A program made the position numbers and the translations under genes. Below, in pieces: positions 1 to 9,526 of a stretch of 45,404 nucleotides of DNA. The notes under the pieces are model-generated. The model was not told the origin of the DNA. It did not search any database and saw only the letters and a program-made list of their open reading frames with translations. Position 1 is the first letter of the stretch, and each line of letters starts with the position of its first letter. This DNA is from Halobacteriaceae archaeon Tc-Br11_E2g27 (GTDB taxonomy: Archaea; Halobacteriota; Halobacteria; Halobacteriales; Haloarculaceae): the NCBI GenBank assembly GCA_001564135.1, contig LKNH01000001.1, positions 1 through 45,404 of the forward strand, written 5' to 3'.

Positions 1-290
1 AAATCAAAGACAAAGAAGAACAAGAAGACGAGTAAGGACAGATACGCTAGTATTCTGCTTTCATTAGTATACCAGGAACTTAGGTAGATCGAGCGTGGTA
101 GATAACGGTGCTTTCGAGTTTTTTGGAAGAAAATTCAAAAAAATTGGTTTAATATTCCACCTATTTTGGGGTTAAAATGGATATATGTTATATTATTTTA
201 TCCGTGGTGTAATATCAAATTCTTGAATTTATTATATAATTCTTACACATATCCATATTTGATAGTTTTAGTATGTTTATCGAATCAGGG

Positions 291-797
291 TCAGAGTTCA
301 CCAGAAATCTTCCGTTTCGTGTAACTTTTGAGGCCTCCCTCATCAACGAGAGTCTGCAGGAACTCCGGAAGTGACTCGGCATCATATGATTCGTTGGTGG
401 AGTGATTGATGACTGTGCCGGCATCGAGGTCAAGACTAATCTCATCGCCATCCGCAATTTGACCGGCCTCAGGACAGATAAGCACCGGGAGACCAAGGTT
501 GATTGCGTTTCTGAAGAAGATACGAGCAAACGATTGAGCAACGACCCCATCAACGCCAGTTCCAACCAGCGAAAGCGGAGCGTGCTCACGAGATGAGCCG
601 CTACCGAAATTGTGGCCACCTACGACAAAGTCGCCATCCTCAACACCCGAGGGAAATTCCGGGCGGAGGTCGTTGAAAGCATGTTCGCCAAGCTCCGCCG
701 GGTCAGAGGAGACCAGAAACCGTGACGGAATAATCTGGTCAGTATCGATATCATCGCCAAATACCCACGCAGTGCCGGGCTGAGCAGGGTCGTTCAT
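291..797 (-). CDS. leuD: 3-isopropylmalate dehydratase small subunit family (LeuD/HacB/DmdB-like); probably maleate/citraconate hydratase small subunit
   Basis: FGDDIDTDQIIP, NFGSGSSREHAP and SFARIFFRNAINLGL motifs; 4-nt ATGA overlap with the large subunit gene. Confidence 0.9.
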   Translation of the reverse strand: MNDPAQPGTAWVFGDDIDTDQIIPSRFLVSSDPAELGEHAFNDLRPEFPSGVEDGDFVVGGHNFGSGSSREHAPLSLVGTGVDGVVAQSFARIFFRNAINLGLPVLICPEAGQIADGDEISLDLDAGTVINHSTNESYDAESLPEFLQTLVDEGGLKSYTKRKISGEL

Positions 798-2107
798 GAT
801 GACACCCCCTCAACGACAGCATCGCCATACCGTTCGAGTTCGACCGTTCGTGGGTCAGTGATCTCACCATACAGGGCTGATGCACCGACCGTAGCTGGAC
901 TTGAGAGATACACTGAACTGTCCATCGAACCCTCACGTCCGGGGAAGTTACGGTTGGCAGTCGCCAATGAAACGTCACCATCACCAAGAACACCCTGATG
1001 GGTGCCAAAGCACGGACCACAACCCGCGCTCTGGACGATTGCACCCGCATCGACGAACGTGTCCATAATACCGGTCTCAAGCATCTGTTTGTAGACCGTT
1101 CGAGATGCTGGAACGACAACCATACGAACGCCCGGTGCAAGCTCTTCGCCCTCAATGATATCTGCTACGATACGGATATCCTCATAGCGGCCATTCGTAC
1201 AGGTTCCGACAAACAACTGGTCGATATCCGTTCCGACGACCTCAGAAACCGGAACCGAATTTTCAGGGTTTGATGGCTTTGAAACCTGGGGTTCTAGCTC
1301 TTCGGCACGGTATGTATGGACGTCTGCATACTCCGCATCATCATCTGCTTCGAGCCAGTCTGGGATAGTATACGCCTTGCCAGTCTGTGCTTCAAGGAAC
1401 TCAAGCACTCGTTCGTCAGGTTCGACAAGTCCTGCTTTACCACCCATCTCGATAGCCATATTCGAGAGAACCACCCGTTCATGGACTGGCATGGATTCGA
1501 TAGCACTGCCACCATACTCAGCGGTCATGTAGGTGCAGCCATCAAAGCCGACATCACCGATGAATTTGAGGATGAGGTCTTTCGAGTAAACGCCGTCCGG
1601 AAGTTCACCATGCACTTCGAATCGAAGCGTCTCCGGAACGCGAAACCATAATTCACTCGTTGCAAAGGCTGTACCAAGGTCTGTCGAACCAACGCCAGTA
1701 CCGAATGCACCGACCCCACCAAACGTCGTCGAGTGGGAGTCAGCACCGATAACAAGGTCTCCTGGTGCTGCGAATCCATCTTCGAGCAGGACTTGGTGGC
1801 AGATGCCATCGCCAACCTCGTATTGTACTGCACCGTATTCGTCGGCGAACTCACGGACGTGGTTGTGGTTATTGGCGGCTTTGACTCCATCTGCTGGAGC
1901 GTGGTGGTCAATCGTGATGACGGTCCTGTCTGGTTTGGCCAGCGGCCCGTCACCCGCTGTAACGTCTTCGAAGACATCAAACGTCAGGGGACCAGTCACA
2001 TCGTGGGTCAACATGGTGTCAACTTCCGCTTCGACGTACTCGCCCGCCTGTGCATCCGTTCCGGATTTCTCCGAGAGAAACTTTTCTGAGAGTGTTTTTC
2101 CTGTCAT
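794..2107 (-). CDS. leuC: 3-isopropylmalate dehydratase large subunit family (LeuC/HacA/DmdA-like, [4Fe-4S] aconitase family)
   Basis: HDVTG, DHHAP, GICHQ, GADSHS, GTCTNGR, GCGPC (three Fe-S cysteines) and NRNFPGR motifs. Confidence 0.92.
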   Translation of the reverse strand: MTGKTLSEKFLSEKSGTDAQAGEYVEAEVDTMLTHDVTGPLTFDVFEDVTAGDGPLAKPDRTVITIDHHAPADGVKAANNHNHVREFADEYGAVQYEVGDGICHQVLLEDGFAAPGDLVIGADSHSTTFGGVGAFGTGVGSTDLGTAFATSELWFRVPETLRFEVHGELPDGVYSKDLILKFIGDVGFDGCTYMTAEYGGSAIESMPVHERVVLSNMAIEMGGKAGLVEPDERVLEFLEAQTGKAYTIPDWLEADDDAEYADVHTYRAEELEPQVSKPSNPENSVPVSEVVGTDIDQLFVGTCTNGRYEDIRIVADIIEGEELAPGVRMVVVPASRTVYKQMLETGIMDTFVDAGAIVQSAGCGPCFGTHQGVLGDGDVSLATANRNFPGREGSMDSSVYLSSPATVGASALYGEITDPRTVELERYGDAVVEGVSS

Positions 2108-3084
2108 TTGTTATCCTCCGCTACCGTTTCGAGTACTCGTTCAACCGTTCCGCCCATCAGCACATGGCTTGTTGCACCTAACTCGAGTTGGTCTGCGACC
2201 TGATGTGCAACGGCTTCGACACGTGATGGGTCCGCAGAAATGTCGATATCCATTCCACTTACCATTTGTACAAGGTCTTCTGTTGGTGTGTTACCGACAC
2301 CCGTCAGTCCATCAGGAAGTACGACCCCGCCCCCCAGGCCACAATGAGAGGTGTCAAATCTGTCAACACCACACTGCATTGCTGCGAGGGTATTGGCAAG
2401 GCTCATCCCATTGGTATCGTGTAGGTGGAGCCCGATATCAATGTCCGGGTGTCGGTCGAACACAGCAGTGTACATCTCGGTGATTTCGCGGGGGTTTGCA
2501 AGCCCCATTGTCGTGGCGAGTGTGACCTCATCAACACCTGCTTCAACAACGCTGTCGACAACCGAAAGCGTGTCTTCCATCGGAATTCTGCCCTCGTACG
2601 GACAGTAAAAGCTTGTTCCGATGCCGGCCTCAACTTCGATATCCGTTCCTTCTGCAAGGTCAACAACCGCTTCGACTTCTGACAGAATCTCCTCGACAGC
2701 CATATTCTGATTGTTGGCACTGTAGGTCTCACTGACCGTGACAAGCGCATTTACTTTATCGAGGTTCGCATCGATGGCACGTTCCATCCCAACTGCATTT
2801 GGAACAAGCGCCCGGTATGTGACATCCTCGTGCCGGTCAATTCCGTTAGCGACCTCGTCAGCATCACGAAGCGTTGGAACGGCTTTTGGATGGGTGAACG
2901 ACGTTACCTCAATCTCGTCAACACCAGTCGTCGATAGTTTGTTGATGAGTTCAATTTTCTCTTCTGTTGGAATAAACTCATCAAGTCGCTGGAATCCATC
3001 TCTGGGGAGCATTTCGACGACAGTGACGGCTTCAGGGACCGATTCAAGTGGGGAATGCCCAGTGGTCAGTTCTGATGGACTCAT
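2104..3084 (-). CDS. HMG-CoA lyase family (DRE-TIM) lyase, possibly (R)-citramalyl-CoA lyase
   Basis: EMLPRDGFQ, SFTHPKAVP, CPYEG, LHLHDTNG, GLGG and GNTPTEDLV motifs; overlaps both neighbours. Confidence 0.88.
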   Translation of the reverse strand: MSPSELTTGHSPLESVPEAVTVVEMLPRDGFQRLDEFIPTEEKIELINKLSTTGVDEIEVTSFTHPKAVPTLRDADEVANGIDRHEDVTYRALVPNAVGMERAIDANLDKVNALVTVSETYSANNQNMAVEEILSEVEAVVDLAEGTDIEVEAGIGTSFYCPYEGRIPMEDTLSVVDSVVEAGVDEVTLATTMGLANPREITEMYTAVFDRHPDIDIGLHLHDTNGMSLANTLAAMQCGVDRFDTSHCGLGGGVVLPDGLTGVGNTPTEDLVQMVSGMDIDISADPSRVEAVAHQVADQLELGATSHVLMGGTVERVLETVAEDNK

Positions 3085-4301
3085 CAGATGACCCCCTCAG
3101 AATCAAGCTCAGAAATTGTCTGCTCATCGTATGCGAGCCAGTCTCCGTAGACCTCTTCGTTATGAGCACCCAGTTGTGGACCTAGATGTGAGATGTCCCC
3201 TGGAGTCTCGGAGAATCGTGGGAATGTATTCTGGACCATCGCTGAGCCAAGTTCGTCATCTTCGACGGAAACGAGTGCATCACGTGCCTGATAATGCTCA
3301 TCTTCCATGATATCTGCAACGTTGTAGATTGGTGCGATGGTTGCCTCAAACTCCTCAAACCTGTCGAGGATTTCCTCACGCGTATGCTCGGACATCCAGT
3401 CCTGAATAATCGCATCAAGCTCCTCGACATTTTCAAGTCGTTTCTCGTTGTCCGCAAACCGCGGGTCATCTTTCAACTCAGGTCGTTCAATCGCATCGAA
3501 AACACGCATTGCGATTGGTTGGGCACTGGCGGAGATAGCTACAGCACGACCATCGCCCGTCTGATAGACGTTGCGAGGTGCCGATGAGCTGGAGCGGTTA
3601 CCCGTCCGCTGTTCAATCTCATCGAGTTGCTGGTACCGCAGCGGCTGTGGCCCGAGGAGCGAGAAGATTGGTTCAATCAGGCTTGTGTCGATATATTGGC
3701 CACTTCCCTCATTGACCTCTCTATGGTGCAGTGCAAACATAATCGCCATCGTCGAAAACATCGCTGCCACGCCATCAGCCAGTCCCGTTGGCGGCAACAG
3801 TGGCTCGCGGTCTGGGCGGCCGTTCAGATAGGCAAAGCCGGACATCGCTTCAGCGAGTGTTCCGAAGCCCGGTCGTTCGCTATAGGGCCCAGTTTGACCA
3901 AAGCCACTCAGGCGAAGCATAATTAACTCGGGGTTCTCCTCGGAAAGTTGGTCCCAGCCAAGGTTCCACCGTTCAAGCGTACCCGGTCTGAAGTTTTCAA
4001 TCAGTACATCTGCTTCACTGATGAGGTCTTGAAACACGACCGCACCCTCGTCTGTGGAGATGTTGAGCGTGATGGATTTTTTGTTTCGACCAAGGTATTT
4101 CCACCAGAGACCGACGCCATCTTTCTGCGGGCCGAAGTTACGGAGGTGGTCACCCATTTCCGGATGTTCGATTTTGATTACCTCCGCGCCGAAATCAGCA
4201 AGAAACCGACCGACAGTCCCGGCGGAAATCATCGTCCCCGTTTCTATAACTGTCAGGCCGGCAAGTGGCCCATTCTCGGAGTTAGTCATTTGCTTCTCCA
4301 T
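3084..4301 (-). CDS. Class III (CaiB/BaiF) CoA-transferase
   Basis: GPLAGLTVIE, LADFGAEVIKIE, RNKKSITL, ENFRPG, SGFGQTGPY, catalytic Asp in GLADG, PQLGAHN; start could be 4289. Confidence 0.93.
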   Translation of the reverse strand: MEKQMTNSENGPLAGLTVIETGTMISAGTVGRFLADFGAEVIKIEHPEMGDHLRNFGPQKDGVGLWWKYLGRNKKSITLNISTDEGAVVFQDLISEADVLIENFRPGTLERWNLGWDQLSEENPELIMLRLSGFGQTGPYSERPGFGTLAEAMSGFAYLNGRPDREPLLPPTGLADGVAAMFSTMAIMFALHHREVNEGSGQYIDTSLIEPIFSLLGPQPLRYQQLDEIEQRTGNRSSSSAPRNVYQTGDGRAVAISASAQPIAMRVFDAIERPELKDDPRFADNEKRLENVEELDAIIQDWMSEHTREEILDRFEEFEATIAPIYNVADIMEDEHYQARDALVSVEDDELGSAMVQNTFPRFSETPGDISHLGPQLGAHNEEVYGDWLAYDEQTISELDSEGVI

Positions 4302-4405
4302 TTAGTATGTTCATCCAGACGGGTACACTCTGATTGCCAGAGGAACCAATCGATTCAATCCAAGAAGTTGTATAATTCTCTCTCATATATGTCTGTCACT
4401 AACTG

Positions 4406-5815
4406 TTAGTTATCGTATTTAATCGGGCGGTCAATATGCGTTCCAAATCCGCGCTCAGCAATAACTTCACCGTTTGCATATGCAATTGTCCCGCGAACGA
4501 GCGTGTGTGTTGGCCAACCAGTTACCTCACGGCCATCGTATGGCGAGTAATCCGCCCCACCCTGTAACAGTTCGGGCGTGACAGTTTTCGTCTCATCCAT
4601 ATCAACAACAGTCAGGTCGGCATCCGTTCCAATCTGAAGGCTCCCTTTTTTCGGATAGAGATTGAACGCCTTGGCCGTATTCGTCGAAGTGACCGCTACG
4701 GCGCGTTCGAGCGAAATCCGACCGGCAGTAACCCCTTCAGAGAGGATAAGCGGGAGCATGGTAGCAGAGGATGGGAATCCTGGGAGGCTGTCGACGACAT
4801 CCTCACCAATCTTGTCGTCTTCCAGATTGGCACAGTGGTCCGTCCCAATGCACGAAATTGTTCCATCAGCAACCCGGTCCCACAGCGTTTCCTGGTCTGC
4901 TTTCGACCGAACTGGCGGATTCACGTTGTGTCTCTCATCGCATTCCTCGGCCGTGAGCGTCAAATAATGTGTGCAGGTTTCGCCGATGATATCCCACCCG
5001 GCATCCTGAAGCATTGCCAGTTCATCGGCTGTTTTGCCAGCGGAAATGTGGACTGCATAGAAGCTATCATCGTAATTGTGCTGGCGAGCCAATGCCCCGC
5101 TCGCAATCATACTTTGAGCTTCTGCGTAATCCGGGAACTGCTCAACAAGGATATCGTAGTCTCGATATTCCTGGTCATCGTCGAGACCAGTGTCAAGATA
5201 CGGGCTGTCACCAAGTGCGCTCGTAATCTCCATATTCTCGGAGTGATGACCAAGCGTCGTCGGGACGTCCTGTGCGGCTAGTTCCTGAATAAACGCGTCA
5301 GCCCAGTCATCGTGCATCTCACAGTCGACACCGAATTTTTCCGGGGCAACGTCCTTGTAATTCTTGTACCATTTGAACGACGTGATTCCGAGTTCGTCGA
5401 TGATATACGGAATTTCCTCAATATGCTCGTAGGAGAGTAAACCCAGGGAGAAAAAGTAATCGTGGTAGTAGTTGGGTTCAGCTTCGGCAAAATACTCATC
5501 AAGAATTTCCTCATAAGACCCCGCTCTTCGGAAGTAGTTTCCAATGGTGGTAACGCCACCCACAAGGTCCGAGCGTGATTCAGTTTCAGCATCCGCTTCG
5601 AGGCCGCGATAAATGCCATGATGAGTATGTGGGTCGATGGCTCCCGGTAGGACGTGTTTATCAGTTGCGTCTATCTCTTCGGTCCCTTGTCCTTCGAGCG
5701 TACCAGGGTTTGCGATGCTTGCAATTTCCTCGCCTGTAATCCCAATATCGCCACGAAGTTTTCCAAGTTCCGGTGAGACGAGCGTTCCGTTCGTGATTAC
5801 GACGTCGTAGCTCAT
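4406..5815 (-). CDS. Cyclic amidohydrolase (dihydroorotase/allantoinase/hydantoinase family)
   Basis: PGAIDPHTH metal motif, SFKW (carboxylated Lys), HHSEN, VHIS, NPPVR, GTDH, KKGSLQIGTDAD. Confidence 0.9.
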   Translation of the reverse strand: MSYDVVITNGTLVSPELGKLRGDIGITGEEIASIANPGTLEGQGTEEIDATDKHVLPGAIDPHTHHGIYRGLEADAETESRSDLVGGVTTIGNYFRRAGSYEEILDEYFAEAEPNYYHDYFFSLGLLSYEHIEEIPYIIDELGITSFKWYKNYKDVAPEKFGVDCEMHDDWADAFIQELAAQDVPTTLGHHSENMEITSALGDSPYLDTGLDDDQEYRDYDILVEQFPDYAEAQSMIASGALARQHNYDDSFYAVHISAGKTADELAMLQDAGWDIIGETCTHYLTLTAEECDERHNVNPPVRSKADQETLWDRVADGTISCIGTDHCANLEDDKIGEDVVDSLPGFPSSATMLPLILSEGVTAGRISLERAVAVTSTNTAKAFNLYPKKGSLQIGTDADLTVVDMDETKTVTPELLQGGADYSPYDGREVTGWPTHTLVRGTIAYANGEVIAERGFGTHIDRPIKYDN

Positions 5816-5818
5816 TGG

Positions 5819-6484
5819 TTACCCTGACACCTCCTCTATGTATGCTTCAACCTCCTCGCGTTCGAGAACCTCGGCATATTTCATCCAGAGGTCAAGCAGG
5901 GCAACTTTGTGTGACGCCTCAATGCGGTCAAAGAGACACTCCTGTGGCAAAAGCACGTCAAAGCCGTTCTGCTGGGCATCAATTGCAGTTGCCCGGACAC
6001 AACCGCTGGTTGAGTTCCCGACAATGATAACGGAATCGTGACCGCCACGAACGAGTCTTGACAGAAGGTCAGTACCGTAAAATGCCGACGCGTACGTTTT
6101 GTCGATTACTGTTTCTCCTTCTTCAGGAGCAACAGGGTCGACAATCTGCAGGTCTTCGTGTTCTGGGTCATCGTAGCTTGATGGAATTACACGCGTATAC
6201 GCGACGGGGATATCGTTACTACGTGCGAACTCAAGGAACGGTTCGATATGGTCGATGGCTTCCCAGGCGACTTCACCCATTGCGGTTCGATAGTCTTCAA
6301 TGGCATCGAGAATCGGCACATTATCTCCGACCACGAGACGTTGCATATCGATGACCAAAACGAGGGGGTTTGTTCCAGCCCCACGAGATTCCCATGAAGA
6401 TGCACCTTCCTTATCGTATCCTGCTTTTGTGATGACCTGTTTGTCACGCTCGGACAGCAGGTCCTCCCAGATGTGAACGGTCAT
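5819..6484 (-). CDS. Isochorismatase-family cysteine hydrolase (maleamate amidohydrolase / N-carbamoylsarcosine amidase-like)
   Basis: Asp-Lys-Cys triad in VLVIDMQ, DKTYASAF and GNSTSGCVRATAIDA; ATG 6484 preferred over the upstream non-ATG start. Confidence 0.88.
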   Translation of the reverse strand: MTVHIWEDLLSERDKQVITKAGYDKEGASSWESRGAGTNPLVLVIDMQRLVVGDNVPILDAIEDYRTAMGEVAWEAIDHIEPFLEFARSNDIPVAYTRVIPSSYDDPEHEDLQIVDPVAPEEGETVIDKTYASAFYGTDLLSRLVRGGHDSVIIVGNSTSGCVRATAIDAQQNGFDVLLPQECLFDRIEASHKVALLDLWMKYAEVLEREEVEAYIEEVSG

Positions 6485-6579
6485 GCTATCACACCTGTTT
6501 TCGATGAGCAGCAATATAGTTCTGTTCCTAAAAATTAGCTATGGAAGTCTTAGGTGAGAAAAGGAAAATCCATTAATTA

Positions 6580-7332
6580 TTACTCACTTTTTGCCCGTCC
6601 CCCATCGACTAAAATTGTCTCCCCAGTCACATACGCAGAAGCGTCACTTGCCAAAAACCCAACAACGGAGGCAACATCAGATGGCTTACCCAGCCGACGA
6701 AGTGGTGTTTGTTCAAGAAAATCCGCAATTACAGAATCATCATCCATATAGGGTTCTGTCATTGGCGTCTCAATGAATCCCGGCGAGACAGAGTTGACTC
6801 GAACTCCATCTGGGCCAAGTTCGGCAGCGAGTGCACGTGTTAGACCATCAAGACCAGCTTTGGATGATGCATAGCTCGAACGGTCGTCCCGCCCGATATG
6901 ACCATAAATAGACGAGATATTTACAACGGTTCCATTTGTGGCTTTTAGCTCGCTTACTGCTGCCCTGATTAGTCGAAATGGTCCTGTGAGATTTATTGCA
7001 AGGGAATTATCCCAATCTGCATCAGCATAAGCTTCGATTGAACTTCGCGTAACTACCCCAGCAACGTTTACGACAACATCTATGCCACCTTCCTCCTTTG
7101 CCCGCTCCACAACCGCATCTACATCAGATTGTTCAGTAATATCGGTCGTGACTGGCTGAAAGGTACCAGAATAAGCTGAACAGGCGGAGACTGTCTCCGA
7201 CTGGTCGCGTATATCGGCACCGATGACCGTTGCCCCGCTGTCGGTGAACAACTCAGCGCATGCTTTTCCAATACCCTGTGCCGTTCCTGTGACGATGATG
7301 GTCTGTTCGTTAAATGTGTCTCCGGTTATCAT
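6580..7332 (-). CDS. SDR family NAD(P)-dependent oxidoreductase
   Basis: TGTAQGIG, NVAG, NISS, YASSK and RVNSVSPG motifs. Confidence 0.93.
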   Translation of the reverse strand: MITGDTFNEQTIIVTGTAQGIGKACAELFTDSGATVIGADIRDQSETVSACSAYSGTFQPVTTDITEQSDVDAVVERAKEEGGIDVVVNVAGVVTRSSIEAYADADWDNSLAINLTGPFRLIRAAVSELKATNGTVVNISSIYGHIGRDDRSSYASSKAGLDGLTRALAAELGPDGVRVNSVSPGFIETPMTEPYMDDDSVIADFLEQTPLRRLGKPSDVASVVGFLASDASAYVTGETILVDGGRAKSE

Positions 7333-7414
7333 ACCCTACATTTCTGTGAACGAGTATAAAAATATATACGATAACCCAGAGTGACTTTCTCAACCGATAC
7401 GTGAGATGATAACA

Positions 7415-7426
7415 CGAAACTTTATA
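7415..7426 (+). promoter_or_regulatory. BRE/TATA-like archaeal promoter (CGAAAC-TTTATA) of the alpha/beta hydrolase gene
   Basis: TTTATA at 7421-7426, about 30 nt before ATG 7456; similar TTTATA boxes lie upstream of the SDR and TAXI genes on the minus strand. Confidence 0.55.
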
Positions 7427-7455
7427 CGAGCAGCAGTAAAATTTCAGTTTGCTCT

Positions 7456-8259
7456 ATGAACGTAAATGTCAATGGTGCGACTTTCCATGTTGAGCAGCAG
7501 GGCTCGGGCCCAAATTTGGTATTAGTCCACGGAATGGGATACACATCCACTGATGTATGGCAATATGTTGTTCCCCAACTGGCCGAACAGTTTAGCGTCT
7601 TAACCTACGACCTCAGAGGTCATGGGAAATCAACAGACCCTGATAACGACCAATCCATATCAACACACGCTGATGACCTTGCTGCGATTCTGGACCACTT
7701 TGATATCGAAAAAGCCAGTATTGCTGGCTTTTCCTTCGGAGGGATGGTTGTCCAACAGTTCGCGCTTCGATACACTGACCGACTGGAAAATCTCATCTTA
7801 GTGACGACATCAGCATGTTTGACTGATGAGGCAAAAGAGTACTACGATGGTCGGGCTGAAAAGATTGAAACACGAGGAGTAGATTCACACGCAGATGATG
7901 CCGTTCGGATTGTACTCTCTGAGTCGTTCCGCGAAGCAAACCCAGACAAGGCAGATGAGTACCGTGAGGCATTCCTCCAAAACAACCCCGAGGCATATGC
8001 GGGCGCAATGCGAGCAATGCTGGATTGGGATGGTCGGGAAGGACTGTCTGTATTGGAAAATCCAACATTGGTTATCGGTGGTGGAGAAGATGATACCTCC
8101 ATCATGGGTGATGAGCCAGGTGGAGCAGCACGTGAACTCGCAGAAATTATGCCGAACGGACAACTGGAAATGATTCCGGAAACGATTCACTATCCGCAGA
8201 TAGAAAAACCGGAGGTCGTTGCTGGGAAAATGCTTGAGTTCTTGCAGCGCTCAGCATAA
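7456..8259 (+). CDS. Alpha/beta fold hydrolase (3-oxoadipate enol-lactonase-like)
   Basis: LVHGMG, YDLRGHGKS, nucleophile elbow GFSFGG, His in TIHYPQIE. Confidence 0.88.
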   Translation: MNVNVNGATFHVEQQGSGPNLVLVHGMGYTSTDVWQYVVPQLAEQFSVLTYDLRGHGKSTDPDNDQSISTHADDLAAILDHFDIEKASIAGFSFGGMVVQQFALRYTDRLENLILVTTSACLTDEAKEYYDGRAEKIETRGVDSHADDAVRIVLSESFREANPDKADEYREAFLQNNPEAYAGAMRAMLDWDGREGLSVLENPTLVIGGGEDDTSIMGDEPGGAARELAEIMPNGQLEMIPETIHYPQIEKPEVVAGKMLEFLQRSA

Positions 8260-8284
8260 CTACGAGCACAGCCGGTCAACTGAT

Positions 8285-8328
8285 TTTTTAATAACGACGA
8301 GGAAAATATCAGAGCTCTGACTTAAAAA
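8285..8328. terminator. Possible bidirectional terminator between convergent genes
   Basis: Perfect palindrome TCAGAGCTCTGA (8309-8320) flanked by TTTTTAA and TTAAAAA. Confidence 0.3.
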
Positions 8329-8350
8329 GCCCACGTATTCGTTTCCAGCC

Positions 8351-9382
8351 TCAGGCTCGTTCCCAGCTGTCATCCCAGTGGTCGTGCTCTTCGAGGAAGT
8401 CAGCAACACCACCATGAACTGGAAGTTGGTATGCTTCAGGAAGATATGCATCAGTCATGAAATTCAAGTCCGTGTGGTCAGGATATTCGCTGCTCCCTTC
8501 ACGAATGTCATCGACGTGCTCGTGACTGATACGGGTGATTTCGTATGCAGCCTCATCCGGAACTTCTTCCCCAAAGGCAAGTTGGAGGCTGGTCTGTGCA
8601 TTCGACACCGGATTCACAGGACCCATATCCTGATCGTACAGGTCCTGTAAATCTTGTTCATCAAGCGTCGCTCGTTCGTTGTCTTCAACTGCCTGTCTCC
8701 AGCCATCAGTTGCTTCAAGGAACTCAAGGTCGGTTCGGGCATCAACTTCGGAGTAGAACCCTGGAATGCCCAATAGGTTTGTTGAGTATGAAAGTGCAGC
8801 CTCAAGTCGACCTTCTGCAAATGCATCGGCTACGTCACCGGGGTCTGCATTGGAGACACCAGGTTCGATAGCGTCCCACGTGCCTTCCGTACGGTGAACT
8901 TCTTCAATCATGGCCCGGAAACTCCACCCTGGTGGAAGTGCATACACATCGGCACCAGCTAGATCATCAGTTGTCTGAAGTTCCGAATCCGCCGCTTTTA
9001 CCCAATGGAAATGGTAAATTGCTAGCCCAAACCCTTGGTGTGCATATTCTTCGATGGGTTGGTCAGCAAACGCACCTTCACCTTCCATCGCCTGAATGAG
9101 ACCGTAATTTGTGACACCAAGTGCGTCAATATCTCCTGCATCGTACATTTGGATGCTTGCAGGGACCCCAGGCGTTTCTTCAGTGACAATCTGTACCTCG
9201 TCTGATTCGTTATCGACAACGCGCCGCAGGGCAGCAAACAGGTCTGCAGCGGCTGAACCACTGACGACCCCCACAGAGACTGTCGTTGCATCATCGTCAC
9301 CGAGACAACCCGCAAGTCCAGCTACTCCGAGAGCACCAGTCGCTTTCAACATATTCCTTCTGCTAAGCTTTCCACTTGTCAT
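8351..9382 (-). CDS. TAXI-family TRAP transporter solute-binding lipoprotein (Tat-exported)
   Basis: SRRNMLK Tat motif plus LAGC lipobox; TAXI-like VPDEAAYEITR and PVHGG; divergent from a 4TM/12TM permease. Confidence 0.85.
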   Translation of the reverse strand: MTSGKLSRRNMLKATGALGVAGLAGCLGDDDATTVSVGVVSGSAAADLFAALRRVVDNESDEVQIVTEETPGVPASIQMYDAGDIDALGVTNYGLIQAMEGEGAFADQPIEEYAHQGFGLAIYHFHWVKAADSELQTTDDLAGADVYALPPGWSFRAMIEEVHRTEGTWDAIEPGVSNADPGDVADAFAEGRLEAALSYSTNLLGIPGFYSEVDARTDLEFLEATDGWRQAVEDNERATLDEQDLQDLYDQDMGPVNPVSNAQTSLQLAFGEEVPDEAAYEITRISHEHVDDIREGSSEYPDHTDLNFMTDAYLPEAYQLPVHGGVADFLEEHDHWDDSWERA

Positions 9383-9526
9383 GCTTCGATGTATCCCAGA
9401 AGGCCATAGATTATAAACATTCTCCCATTTGTCACCAAAATAACTTATATAATTGTCATTACAGTGGACGGATTACTCCCATTTTACACCCATAGATTGA
9501 TTACCCAGGATAGCGTCCGCAAATTT

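Noticed and set aside
1-35. Possible 3' end of an upstream plus-strand gene (IKDKEEQEDE*)
   Set aside because: Plausible acidic tail but only ten codons are visible, too little to call.
291-2107. Leucine biosynthesis operon
   Set aside because: No leuA, leuB or ilv genes; the context is catabolic. The symbols leuC and leuD denote family only.
1803-2483. 226-aa plus-strand ORF and similar antisense ORFs across the window
   Set aside because: Ser/Thr-rich shadows of well-supported genes on the opposite strand; no motifs and not acidic.
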